Position numbers and translations under genes: made by a program | NCBI RefSeq assembly: GCF_963921235.1 | Contig: NC_086097.1 | Span: 194,682,001-194,746,000 of the forward strand | From: Mobula hypostoma | Taxonomy: Eukaryota | DNA: 64,000 nucleotides | Direction: 5' to 3' | Notes under the pieces: model-generated | The model's database searches: none | Told to the model about the DNA's origin: nothing | The model's input: only the letters and a program-made list of their open reading frames with translations | In this document: positions 12,522 through 25,378 of the stretch, piece after piece | Position numbering within the stretch: position 1 is the first letter of the stretch | Layout of the letters: each line of letters opens with the position of its first letter

Positions 12522-13379
12522 AGTTCTAGTAGATTTCTTAGGGTGCTTTGCTATTGGACCTGCTATGTTTTTAGATAAGCTGGTACATTGAGGTCCTGTA
12601 ACAATCAGGAAGAGGAGCAGAAGAGTTAGTCCTGTGACATGATTCATCTTTAAATATGAGCTAAGGGTCTTGATCATTTATATTTTCAACAGGCAATTTT
12701 GCAGAATAACACGGAAGCTCTGCACTTCAAAAAGCAGTGTATCTGACCCCCTGCTCTTTTATTGGACTTACTTTGAGCATAAGTGTTCGGCATTAGAATC
12801 CCGAGGTTAGAAGTCAGGTGCACTTCACATCTAGTCCCTCAGTTTTATGCTGTTCCTAACCAGTTTATTTAACAACAACCCCTTTCTCTACCACCTCACA
12901 TCTGACTGGGTTGCTGACCTGGATAGAAAAGGTAAATAGTTGAATATTTTTCATGACTATCAAAGTTCTAAGTCATTTGTATTAGCTAAATATGCTGTGA
13001 ATGAAAGTATTTCATTTTTTAAAAATTAATTTAGTAAAATCTGTTTGAACTCTATATAATTGACCTTCAGGCACATTTAGAGACATTTGAAAATGTCAGT
13101 GTGGTACAAGTGTGAAAGCTTAGAACATGCCACCTGATAATCACTTTCCATGAACCATTCTACTGTAGGACAGACATAGCAACAAGGCCTTGAATTCCAC
13201 AGAGTTACCCCACAGAACCACGGAAAGCTAATGTGCCCATGGGAATCAAGAGGTTGGCTGGCTGTGAAAGATAAGGTTAGTGATGTTATGCATCATCCAG
13301 CCTATTATTGCTGCATAAGTTTCTGTTGTCTTTAAGTGTGTGATACAAAAAGTGAACAAGACCTGTCAGGACTTTTAAA

Positions 13380-13668
13380 AACCCCTCCCCCTTTCTTTCT
13401 CCCTAGGCCTCCCGTCCCATGATCCTCCCCCTTCTCCAGCTCTGTATCCCTTTTGCCAATCAACTTTCCAGGTCTTGGCTCCATCCCTCCCCCTCCTGTC
13501 TTCTTCTATCATTTCAGATCTCCCCCTCCCCCTCCCACTTTCAAATCTCTTATTATCTCTTCTTTCAGTTAGTCCTGACGAAGGGTCTCGGCCCGAAACG
13601 TCGACTGTACTTCTTCCTACAGATGCTGCCTGGCCTGCTGCGTTCCACCAGCATTTTGTCTGTGTTGC
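13380..13668 (+). mobile_element. PLE 3' UTR / terminal-repeat fragment (related subfamily)
   Basis: Homologous to about 1330-1604 with subfamily differences. Confidence 0.9.
13570..13607 (+). ncRNA. Minimal type I hammerhead ribozyme, best-preserved copy
   Basis: TAGTC-CTGACGA-A-GGGT(CTCG)GCCC-GAAA-CGTC-GACTG; core and stems intact, GUC site at 13600-13602. Confidence 0.9.
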
Positions 13669-15044
13669 TTTTACGACTTTTGGCGGAGTTTGAGATTGTA
13701 CAAACAATTGCCTGTGGTGAGCGAGTGTGAGATTTAAAAAGCAAGTGGGGCCTGTCGGGACTTTTGATGAAGATGGAAATAGTGCGAGCTGCTTCTTGTG
13801 CTGAGTAAGCATCAGATTTAAAAAGTGAGCAGGGGGGTTGTCAGAACCTCTGGTAGAACTTGAGATCATTTGTGTTATCAGGTGTTTGGCAAGGGCCACT
13901 AAAATAAGTTTGATTTAAGTGGAGCGGCTATTGTGGGAGCGGCCATTTTGTGACTGGGCCTGTATCAGAGAAGGGAGCTGAGGCTTTGCCTCAAGAAGCT
14001 TCAGTGAGAAGAGATAATGCCCAAGGTAAGTCTCTGTAAGTTTATTCCATTCTCTCTTAGTGCACAGTTAGAGCAGTGGGAATGACAGTCCGGATAGTGG
14101 AGTGCTCAACTTGTGGGATGCAGGAAGGAAGAGTTGCCTCTGGTATCCCTGATGTCAGCACCTGTAAGAAGTGCATCTCACTGCAGATTCTTACAGACTA
14201 TGTTAGGGAACAGGAACTGAGGCTGGATGAACTGCAAATCATTTGAGAAGATGAGGGTTTGATTGGCAGGAGATACAGTGAGGCATTTACAATTAAGGTG
14301 CAGGAGAGGGAAAGGGGATAGGCTGCCAATGCAGGGAGCATATGTGGCCATTTCCCTCAATAACAAGTATATTATTTTGGATGGTGTTGGTGGGATGGTG
14401 ACTTATCAGAGGAAAGCCATAGCAGTCAGGTCTCTGACACTGAGTCTGGCGATGTGGCTCAGAAGAGAAGTGGGGAGAAGAGGCAAGCTGTATAATAGAT
14501 GATATATTTGCTTAGAACAGACAGGAGCTTAGTGGACAAGAATGAGATTCCAGGGTAGTATGTTGCCTCCCAGATGCCAGGGTTAGGAATATCTCAGGCT
14601 GAGTCTACAGTGTTCTTAAGGGGCAAGATCAGTAGTAGCCAGAGGTTATGGTTCAAGTCAGTATCATATAGATAGGAAAATCTTGTGGTCCTGGAGAAAG
14701 ACTTCAGGAAGTTAGGTGATTGGTTAAAGGATAAGAACTCCAGGGTGGTGATTTCAGGATTAAAGAAGTCCATGAGCACAGTAAAAATTCAAAGTCTCTC
14801 AAATGTCCCACATCTCACGCAGACGGGAGAAGGAAGAAAAACTCTCCCTGCCATACCCAACCACGGTCCGACTCTGAGTCATCTGAAAACTTCGAGCTCT
14901 GATCAGCTCTCTGACACTGAGTACTGAGCGCCATCTCTATCCAAATGATTCAACTTCCATCTTGGTTGCCAACAGCCGGCAAAGTCGGGGATTTTGAGGC
15001 CTTCCCTCCGAAAGATTCCCGACCGTGCAGTAATGACAGAAGCA

Positions 15045-15169
15045 AAAGATCGAGAAACATGGTATTGTAAAAACATAGTGGTTGCTGTTAAATAAAAGTT
15101 CTATTTGAAACAGAGAAGATGGTTCTTTATTAGTAACCCATAGTACGTATGAATATAAAGAACACAATA
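15045..15169 (+). repeat. 5' LTR (lacks about the first 60 bp)
   Basis: Matches 19270-19394 with 5 substitutions. Confidence 0.9.
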
Positions 15170-15182
15170 TGGTGTCAGAAGT
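15170..15182 (+). promoter_or_regulatory. Primer binding site, tRNA-Leu type
   Basis: TGGTGTCAGAAGT directly after the LTR; complementary to the ...ACUUCUGACACCA 3' end of tRNA-Leu. Confidence 0.85.
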
Positions 15183-15283
15183 CGGTCTGGAAGAATAATA
15201 TGTTTCTTAACATGGGAGAATCGAAGATAATTTTCTGAAAAAAAGAGTTTGAACTGTTTTGGTGTTTGCTAACAGTTTTACAA

Positions 15284-18200
15284 ATGGAAGGTTTGCAGCC
15301 TCCGTCGACACTTCAATTCTCTGAGAACGTAGCTGAGAACTGGAGAAAATTAAAGCAACTTTTTGAATTGTATTTATCAGCGATCGACACGGATCGAAAA
15401 CCAGAAAAAACGAAAGCTGCACTTCTACTCCACATAATAGGTGACAATGCAATTGAGGTATATAATCATTGTATTTTTGAAAATGGAGATAAATTAAAAT
15501 TAAAATCGCTAACGGACATACTTGAAGCATTTTGTATACCGAAGCGTAATGTGACGTACGAGCAGCATGGATTTTTTACATGTACGCAGAGAGCTAGTGA
15601 AACTATTGATCAATATGTTACTGTGTTGAGACACCAGAGTAAAACATGTGAGTTTGGAGAACTGACGGACTCTTTCATTAAAGACAGAACTGTTTGTGGC
15701 ATTCTAGATAATGGTCTGAGAGAAAGAGAACAAGACTTAGGCTTGGAAAAAGTTTTGATGCTCTGCAAAGCTTTGGAAACCGTGATGTCACAGGCTAAAG
15801 AACTTTTCATTGAGAGCTGCAATGTAGACGCTGTGAGGAAGTGCGAAGATATTAGAAAAAATAATAAACAACAACAAAAGCAACAGAGAGCAAGACATCA
15901 TCTGAGAGAAAAAAGCTATGTGATCGCTGTGGGTGGCAGCATCGGCCGAAACAGTGTCCAGCATATGGGAAAATGTGCAATGACTGCGGTAAGAATAATC
16001 ACTTTTCACGCTGTTGCAGAAGTAGAAAGAAAATAAAACAAGTAAATGCAGTGCTTGAAAATGAACTTGAGGAGTTTTATATAGATGTGCTTTGTGAAAA
16101 TGAACAAAGTAAGAATGACTGGACTATTCCATTGCAAGTGAGCCAAAACAATATTCTGTTTAAACTTGATACTGGAGCACAAGCAAATGCTCTTGTAGAA
16201 TCCGAGTTTAATGCATTAAAGCCAAGACCAAAGTTACATAAGACTGGGTATAAAAGTGACTGAGTATTCAGGTGCAGACATTCCATTTAAAGGAACATGT
16301 GTGGCAAAAGAATCACACAAAAATATTGTGCACACGCTTTCATTTGTAGTGGTGCCAAGGAATGTACGTCAATACTGGGTTTATCTGCCTTTGAGAGACT
16401 GAATTTGGTGAAAAGAGTCTTAGTCCTGGACAGTGACACAGAGTCAGAATACAGTGACTTGATGAAAGAGTATGAGGACTTGTTCAAAGCGCTTGCTTGT
16501 CTTCCAGGAGAGTACACGATTAAAATTGACAACACAGTGCCACCCGTAGTACATCCATGTAGAAAAGTGCCTTTTGCATTACGTCATCAACTGAAAACAG
16601 AGCTTGACAGACTGGAACGGCTAGGAGTCATAAAAAAACTTGATGAACCGACTGAATGGGTCAATTCACTTGTCATTGTTGATAAGAAAAATGGAAAACT
16701 GAGGATTTGCTTAGATCCAAGAGACTTGAATCGAGCTATTAATAGACAGCATTTCAAATTACCTACTTGTGAAGAAATTATGTCACAGTTTGTGAATGCA
16801 AAGTACTTTAGTAAATTAGATGCGTCCTCTGGATTCTGGCAACTTAAACTAGATGAACCGAGTTCAAAGTTGTGTACCTTTAACACTCCTTTTGTCAGAT
16901 ATTGTTTTCTTTGGCTTCTGTTTGGAATTGCATCAGCTCCTGAAGTGTACCATAAAAGCATTCACATGCTATACGAGCACACTGAGAGCGTAGATACTTC
17001 CATGGATGATATTATTTTTTGGGGATCATCTAAACAAGAGCATGACGCCAGACTCAGACAAGTCTTTGAGGCAACACGCAAAGCAAACCTGAAGTTGAAC
17101 AAAGACAAGTGTCAGCTAGGAGTGACTGAACTTGCTGATATTTGTGTGTCAAAGTGGGTGATATCATCAGCAATGAGGGTGTGCATCCTGATTCATTGAA
17201 GGTTTCTGCTATTGAGAACATGCCAAGACTGCAATGTAGAAAGGATGTTCAAAGGTTCATGGGAATGGTCAACTGCATGGGAAAGTTCATACTCAATCCT
17301 TCAGAACAGCTTGCTCCATTGAGGCAGCTAACAAAAAAGAAAAACAAATGGAGAAATCATGAACAGGAGAAGGCTTGGCAAAATCTCAAGAAAGTGCTCA
17401 CTAAAGAACCTGTGTTGAAATTCTGTGATGCTGAGAGACCCATCAAAATCTCATGTGATGCATCTCAAGCAGGCTTAGGGGCAGTATTACTCCTAAAACG
17501 TGATCAGGAGTGGCTACCAGTGGCATATGCACCTTGTTCATTACCTGATCCAGGAACAAGGTACAGTATGCCCAAATTGAAAAACAATTGCTCAGCATTA
17601 TGTTTGCTTGTGAGAGATTTCATCAGTTTGTGTCAGGGCAATTTATTGAAGTTGAAACTGATCATAAACCTCTGATTGCATGGTTTCACAAACCTTTAAG
17701 TGACTGTCCTTTGCGAATTCAGCGAATGATGATCAAATTGCAAAGATATTTATTGAATGTGTCATACACACCTGGTAAGTTCATGTACACGGCTGATACA
17801 CTTTCCAGAGCTGTGGATCCAACAACAAAAGACAGTCACAGGGATGCTGTTGATGTTCAGGCATTTGTTGATATGATCATAGAGACTGTACCTGTTGCTC
17901 CCGAAAAGTTGGAACTGCTGCATCTTGAGCCAGAGAAGGACAAAATTCTCAGTCAGGTAATACAAGTGGTGATGGATGGATGGCCAGATAATAAGCATGG
18001 CTGTACCTCAGAAGTACAAGAATATTGGAACCACAGATCAGAACTTTCTGTTGTGGATGGGATATTGTACAAAGGTAGCAGAATTGTGATTCCTAAAAGT
18101 CTCTGAAAAGAAATGCTTGGGAAAATTCATGAAGGCCACCTAGGTATTGAAAAATGTAAGAGAAGGGTGCAGGAAGTGATGTTTTGGCCCAGGATGAATC

Positions 18201-19149
18201 AAGAAATTGCAGAATTGGTGTCTTCTTGTCAAATATGCCTTAAATACCAACCTAACAACCCTAAGGAGCCACTGCATCCACATCCTAGTCCTCAGAGATC
18301 TTATCAGAAGGTAGGCATTGATTTTTTGTAACTGACAACAAAGATTACCTATTAATAACAGATTACTACTCATTGTATCCTGAAGTGTGTGGTCTGAACA
18401 GAACAACAGCAGAGAATGTAACTACATGCATGAAATCAGTTTTTTCCAGACTTGGTGTACCTGATGAAGTTTTCACAGACAATGGTCCACAATTCAATGG
18501 TGAATGCATGAGACATTTTGCTCATGAATGGGGTTTGGTTCATACAACATCTAGTCCATTTTTGCCTCAATCCAGTGGATTAGTTGAGAAGTTGGCAGGA
18601 AATATCAAGAAACTGATGCACAAAGCAAAAGATAGTGGAGGTGATTTTTATAAAGCTTTGTTAGCCTATCGCTGTACTGCATTTGAATGTGGATTTTCAC
18701 CTGCTCAGCTCTTGATGGGACACTGTTTGAGATCCAATCTGTCAATAGATGAGAGCCTTCTGAGAACAGAGGGAGATGAACATGTGAAAAGATGGAAAGA
18801 TGAACACAAAGCAAAGCAGTAAATATACTTTGACAGATGTGCTCGTCCATTACCTAAACTGCACCAAGGAGATGAAGTGAGGATACAAGACAAAATGAAC
18901 ACATGGACACAGAAAGCTATAGTACCTGAAGAAGTACAACCCAGATCATACATGGTCCAACCAGAAGAAGGAGCAGTGTTAAGAAGAAATTGCAAAGACC
19001 TCAAGAAAGAGCCAACTTCATAGTTTCAGTTAACTGATGCAGACCAGACAAAACATGGAAATAACAACGAAACACAGGAACTGTGTGAATCACTTAGAAA
19101 TTCTACTTGTGTTCTCAAACCCCCAGAGAGGCTGATAGAGACATGCTAA
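15284..19149 (+). pseudogene. Gypsy gag-pol, multiply disrupted
   Basis: Gag MEGLQPP.., CCHC knuckle (CNDCGKNNHFSRCC), protease LDTGA, RT ICLDPRDLN and SMDD, RNase H CDAS and TDHKPL, integrase HEGH..CQIC and TDNGPQF; 3' end approximate. Confidence 0.92.
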
Positions 19150-19193
19150 ATCTTGCATTTGCTCTGGTCAATGTTGCTAGTTGTTTTCTTTTT

Positions 19194-19206
19194 AAGGAAA
19201 GGAAGA
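19194..19206 (+). promoter_or_regulatory. Polypurine tract
   Basis: AAGGAAAGGAAGA immediately before the TG start of the 3' LTR. Confidence 0.85.
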
Positions 19207-19396
19207 TGTGGTGATATGATGTGTAAGAACATGATTGGAGAGAGTTCCCAACATGCGCAGGGATGATAGAAAGATCGAGAAACATGGTATTGTAAAAACG
19301 TAGTGGTTGTTGTTAAATAAAAGTTCTATTTGAGACAGAGAAGATGGTTCTTTATTAGTAACCCATGGTACGTATGAATATAAAGAACACAAAACA
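19207..19396 (+). repeat. 3' LTR (about 190 bp, TG...CA)
   Basis: Starts TGTGG after the PPT, contains AATAAA, shares about 125 bp with the 5' LTR. Confidence 0.9.
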
Positions 19397-19660
19397 TGCC
19401 AAATTTCTTTAGGCTCCTGAAGAAATAATATCACTAGTGAGCTTTCTTGGCCAAGGTGTCAACATGGTTGGAGCAGGACAAAATATTAGTGATGCTCAAT
19501 CCTAGAAATTTCAACCCTCAATCCTCTTGCTGTGAGTACTATTGAAGTAAAAAAAGCATGTGCACTATTCCCCCCTCCCTCCCCTCTCCCCTCCACCTTT
19601 CTGAAGTCAATGCCCTGTTCTTTTGTTTTGATGACATTAAGGGAAATGTTGTCATGACAC
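19397..19660 (-). mobile_element. Decayed Rex1/Babar fragment
   Basis: Similar to about 20735-21000. Confidence 0.55.
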
Positions 19661-20334
19661 CATGTCTCTAGGGGCTTTATGCCAAATCTTTCCAGATAAA
19701 TGTGGCCTGGTAGGGCCTATTTTATTGAAACTGAATGACTGGAACAATAAAGGGAATTCACACAGAGCAGCACAACTTACCAGAAAAGGGAAGAATAACA
19801 CTCAGACATTGGCTATATTTCTTAGCGTCTGTAGGGAACAATTCTCTTTCTTTAACCTTAGTAAAAACTAACAGCCGAGATGTTGTTGCTTCATAAGAGA
19901 GATAATAAAAATTTTTCAAATGTTGCTACTGCAACTGCAAGCTGAAAGCTAGAGAAACGACCTTGCTTCTTGCTGTTAAGAGTAATCACAACTCGTAACT
20001 TAATCCACTAGTTGTGCCTGTAGGTTTGCAGAAGACTGCTGTGAAAGGGATGATACTGAGGCATTCTTTCTGCTCATTCCAAGTGGAGAAAGCAACAGAC
20101 ACAAAATTCTGGAGGAACTCAGCAGGTAAGGCAACATTTATGGAAATGTTTTGGGCCGAGACTCTTCTTCAGTTGGAAAAGGCAAATATTTTTGCAGACA
20201 TGCCTGTAGTGGACGATGGCATCACATGTGTACTTGACCACTTTAGTGAAGCAAACATTGCATGACCACATCATGTAGTCAAGTGCCCATTAGTCTATCT
20301 GTTGTCATGTTTTCTTGAGTCCTCAGCATTTGTA

Positions 20335-21312
20335 TGAATTGAATTAAATTGACTTTTTTACTTACATCCTTCACATACATGAGGAGTAAAAATCTTTACG
20401 TTACATCTCCATTCAAATATGCAATGTGCAATTATAGCAATTTATAATAAATATTATGTACAACAGGATAGTCAATATAATACAGAAATACAGTTGTGTC
20501 AGCATGAATTAAGCAATCCGATGGTCTGGTGGAAGAAGCTGTCCCAGCGCCTGTTGGTCCTGGCTTTTATGCTGCAGTACCGTTTCCCGGACGGTAGCAG
20601 CTGGAATAGTTTGCGATTTGGGTGACTTGGGTCCCCAATGATCCTTCGGGCCCTTTTTACACACCTGTCTTTGTAAGTGTCCTGAATAGTGGGAAATTCA
20701 CATCTGCAGAATTTTTGGGGGGTAGGAGCGGGGTGCATACCAAACTTCTTCAACAGTCCGAGGTGAAAGAGGCACTGTTGTGCCTTTTTCACCACACAGC
20801 CAATATGTACAGATCACCTGAGATCCTCGGTGATGTTTATATTGAGGAACTTAAAGCTGTTCACCCTCTCAACCCCAGGGTCATTGATGTCAATAGAGGT
20901 TAGCCTGTCTCCATTCTTCTTGTAGTCCACAACCAGTTCCTTTGTTTTTGCAACATTGAGGAAGAGGTTGTTTTATTGACACCACTGTGTCAGGGTGATG
21001 ACTTCTTCTCTGTAGGCTGCCTCATTATTATTTGAGATCAGGCCAATCAGTGTAGCGTCATCAGCAAACTTAATTAGCAGGTTGGAGCGGTGGGTGGTGA
21101 CACAATCTTGGGTATACAAAGAGTAAAGGAGGGGGCTTAGTACACAATCCTGAGGGGCACCTGTGTTGAGAGTCAGAGGGGCAATGGTGAGGGAGCCCAC
21201 TCTTACCACCTGCAGGTGATCTGACAGGAAGTTCAGGATCCAGCTACATAAGGCAGGGTGAAGGCAAGGTCTCTGAGCTTCCTGTCGAGCCCGGAGGGAA
21301 TTATGGTGTTGA
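20335..21312 (-). mobile_element. Rex1/Babar LINE, 5'-truncated
   Basis: LNTGAPQDCVLSPLLYSLYT..KFADD; IIGDPSHP..LLPSGKRY; (CAATT)n-type tail at about 20335-20352. Confidence 0.85.
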
Positions 21313-21569
21313 TACTTCTCAACATGTTATAGCATTACTGTTGGGAAATTTGGCCTATCCCTCAAAATATAGCTCATATTCAGGTCCAGACACCAGCACT
21401 ACTCATATAGAACTATTCTACAATGAGGTTCAAGCTGCCATGGAGAGCATTAAAGAATGCACTGTCTGTATTTTCATACAACACATTTCACTTGATCACT
21501 GTAAAACACTGCACTATTCCACCAACGCTGCTGGTTGTCCTTTGTGTCCGATTATAGAAGAAACCTATG

Positions 21570-21980
21570 TAGGAGAGTTGTAAAGTGGGAAAAGCCATTG
21601 CATTGGGGCAGTTCCAGTCTCTCAACCTCAGATGTCCTCGTCCAGTGGTATGATATTTCATTACAACTGAGTTCTTCCCTGGTTGCAGTACATGACTTCC
21701 TCTTTGCCTCGTAATGCCTTTCGCTCTCCACATACGTAGCACTGAAGAACTGCCTTCATGCCTGTTCTCACTTTAGATCTCATCCACCCAGTGCACCAGA
21801 GCTGATTTTGCATGCTAGGACCACCATATCCCCATCTCACTGGGACATGAGGCCTGACGGCTACCTCCACCTGGTTTGGCCTGCTTGTTGAAGTGGTGTA
21901 ACAGAGTGTGACCACTGTCACATGCAAACAGCTGCTTGGAGCCACAGGTGACAGCTGAGTGTCCAGTGGGGACCAAAGGT
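21570..21980 (-). mobile_element. RTE-type 5' UTR-derived element
   Basis: Reverse strand contains CACCTGTGGCTCCAAG...AAACCAGGTGGAGGTAGCC, which I recognise as similar to vertebrate RTE 5' ends; no ORF. Confidence 0.55.
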
Positions 21981-22430
21981 AACATTCAGGATAATTGTTG
22001 ATACCTTCAAATTCTTCATAGTTTCTAACTTGTTGGAGTAGAGTAATTGTTTCATTTTCACTCTTAGCAATTTCTGGCATTTCCTATTCTGAATGCCTGA
22101 AACCTCAGTAAACGAAACAGTTCTGAATGATCTTACTGCTTATCCCTCACCAAATATCAGTGACAAAAATCACTGCCTTTTGACCACAAACAAATAAAAC
22201 TGATGCTATTTAAAAACTGTTCGCTTTAAGCACAATGTAGCAAGTAACGGCCACGTGACATGCACGTGACAGACACTAGTTGGAACATGCTCGGCAACAG
22301 TTTCCTGGCCCAATTAAGCAGCATATTGTTCCAAATAAGCAAAGGGAACCCAGCTATTTTCCCGATTTGTTTTAGTTCTTTAAATGTTCTCCCAAATAAC
22401 CAGTTCCCCCCAATTAACAGGAATCCACTG
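21980..22430 (-). mobile_element. TcMar-Tigger-like DNA transposon end with transposase remnant
   Basis: Reverse strand begins TA|CAGTGGATTCCTGTTAATTGG (TA target at 22431-22432); remnant MPEIAKSENE..; second TIR not found. Confidence 0.6.
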
Positions 22431-23884
22431 TACAGTGTTATAAGGTCAATGTGAAAAATGTACATAAGATGCATATCATTTTCAGGGAACATTATTGAAT
22501 AGTTGTCAGAGAGAAATGTTTGACTGTTAGTATGAAAAACACTGTATCAATGTAAGAAAACGGCAGCTCGAGTCAGCAAGTCATTGGCGTCCATTAATGA
22601 GTATGAATCTGAGAATTTCAGTATGATATGTGTTGCTGATCAATCTGCATGCAGGATGTTCTGCCAAATTTTAGTCTCTTCAAATGATGGGTGATATAAT
22701 GGTACTGGAAAAGATCTAGAGATTAATGATAAGATGATTAATTGACTAAAGTAACTTTACTCAAGTAGGCTCAATAAATAGCTTGTTTAAATTATAACAG
22801 TGTAGACTTAAAAGTAATCTGTCAGAATCTTATAAAATAATTAAAGGGCTGCATTGTGAGCTGACTGTTTCTATTCAGCAGAACGGGGAGGACTATGGAT
22901 CAGAATCTGAAACATTTAAGAGAAGGAATAGACTGGATATCATGTAGTTCTTCTTTCCAAGAGCGTAACAAGCCCCGGGAACACATTGCTGACTGGAGAA
23001 ACGGGACCAATGTGCACCATTCAAATGTGACTAGTTTGGGATTCGTTCACTTGACGAGGTCAGTGATAAAATTTTCAGGCATTTTTTCTTTGTCAGTATT
23101 ACTTGTATTTGCCTCATTGCTTTTCCCAGGAAAATAAGCAATGACAAAGTAAATGCAGAATAATGAGGGAGCATGGTGTAGGGTTGGTGAGAGCACTGCA
23201 GCAAAGAAGGAATAATGAAATTTCTGCTCCTGATATTTTACTTATTATGTGGAGTAGGCTCAATGAACTAGCTCATGTTTTGCTGCTGTGCATATTATGT
23301 GTTTAATTCTTTCACCACAGCACATGAACAGGCCCTTTGGCCCATTTAGTCTGTGATGAACCATTAATCTGCCTAATCTGACCGTTCTCGGGAATGAAGT
23401 CCTAGCCTATTCAATCTTTCTCTGTAACTCAGTTCCTCAAGTCGTGGCAACATCGGTGTAAGTTACCTCTGCACTCCTTCAATCTAATTTACAACTTTCC
23501 TAAGACAGGTGACCAAAACTGCACACAATATTCAAATTAGGCCTCACCAACATCTTATACAATTTCAACATAACATATAACTCTTGTACTCAATACATTG
23601 ACTTACGGAGGCTAATATACCAAAAGCTTTCTTTACAACCCTATCTACCTATGATGCCACTTTCAAGGAATTATGGATCTGTATTCCCAGATCCCTCTGT
23701 TCTACTGCACTTCTTACTGCTCACTGTGCAAGACCCACCCCCTGGATGATTCTCCCAAAGTGCAACATCTCACACTTATCTGCATTAAATTCCATCTGCC
23801 CATTTTTCCAGCTGGTCCAGATCTCACTTCAAGCCTTGATAGTCTTCCTTGCTGTCCACTACACACCCATTCTTGGAGTCATCG

Positions 23885-25378
23885 TAAGAAAAAATTATTT
23901 AGACTGCTCTGTTTTGGACAATTTAAAACCCATTTCCAACCTACCTTTTCTAAGTGAAGTTTTAGAAAATATAGCTTTTAAACAATTAAGTGATTACTTA
24001 AATAAAAATTCTATTCTTGACATGTATCAGTCAGGTTTTAGATTAAATCATCGTACAGAAATTGCATTCCTTAAATTAGTTAATGATTTATGGCTTAATT
24101 CTGATGCAGGTAACAAATCAATTCCTGTTCTCTTAGATTTCAGTGCAGCATTTGATATCATAGATCACAGCATTCTTATAAGCCATCTTAATCAATGAGT
24201 AGGTCTTTCTGGTACTACCATAAGCTGGTTTCAGTCTTATATAACAGGAAGAAAATTCTGTGTTACTGTGGTGATACTGTGTTTGGTGTGCCGCAAGGAT
24301 GAATTCTTACACCATTGTTGTTCTCACTTTCGTGAGGTCAGATTATTTCAAAACGCAAAGTGAATTACCACAGCTATGCAGATGACACACAAACATATTT
24401 GTCTATTAAACCAGATGACCCTGAGGCTTCAGTCTAAACTCTCTGGTCCGGTGTCTTACTAGCATTACAGAATGGATGAGTTCAAATTTTCTAAAATTAA
24501 ATAAGGAAAAAACAATACAACATTGTAGCTATACAAAAGTGTGAAACTTAGAAGTAAACTTGATCATCTGGCTTTACAAATTAAGCCAGAAATAAAGAAT
24601 TTAGATGTTATATTGACGCTGAGCTAAATTTCAAATCACATATTAACTATATTACTAGAAATTCATTCTTTCACTTCTGGAACATTGCAAGAGTTTGATT
24701 TCTTATAAAATCTCAAGATACAGAAAATTGATATACACTTTTGTTTATAGCCAATTAGACTATTGTGTGCACTCTTTTCAGGACTGCCAAAGCAAGATAT
24801 AAATCAGCTACAACCTGTTCAAAATGCAGGACGAAGAATCTTAACCATAAAAGAAAATCTGAGCATATTTCACCAGTTTTGACATTATTCAACTGGCTGC
24901 CTGTGTTTATTAGGATCAATTTTAAAATTCTCTTAATTGTATATAAGGCTCTGAATACTCTAGTTTTTCCATATATTTTGGAATGACTATCACTCTTCGT
25001 AATCATAGATACATGAATGCTGGTTTGCTTAGTGTTTCTAGAGCCAAGCGTATCAGAACTGGTGATGCAGCCTTTTGCTTTTATGCACCGAAAATATGGA
25101 ACACTCTACCAACTGAGATCCAACAGACTAGTACCGTAGAATGTTTCAAGACACTACTAAAAACCTAATTTTTTAAATAGATCTACTTATAGGATTACTT
25201 AATTCCTGCTGATATTGATTATACTGTATTTATATAATTTAGTATGTTTATTTACATTTTATCCTTTATGTTTGTTTTACCTTGATTTTTATTTTGTCTT
25301 GTATTTTTATGACTTGATTTATTTTTACAATCTTAGTGAATGAAAGGTGCTGTATGAAAGAGTTATTATTGTTATTAT
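23885..25378 (+). mobile_element. L2 LINE, 5'-truncated
   Basis: PISNLPFLS..QSGFR..LLDFSAAFD, SYADD, EHISPVL..WLPV, GDAAFCFYAPKIWN; (TTA)n-like tail. Confidence 0.88.

Larger units (their letters stand above)
13340..14770 (+). mobile_element. Old CR1 5' UTR and decayed ORF1
   Basis: Decayed ORF1 from about 14082 (VECSTCGM..CKKC, ISLNNKY, CCLPDARV, SRVVISG); 5' UTR motifs shared with 58400-58720. Confidence 0.7.
15045..19396 (+). mobile_element. Gypsy/Ty3 LTR retrotransposon, near complete, 5' LTR truncated
   Basis: Paired LTRs, PBS, PPT and gag-PR-RT-RH-IN domain order. Confidence 0.95.
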
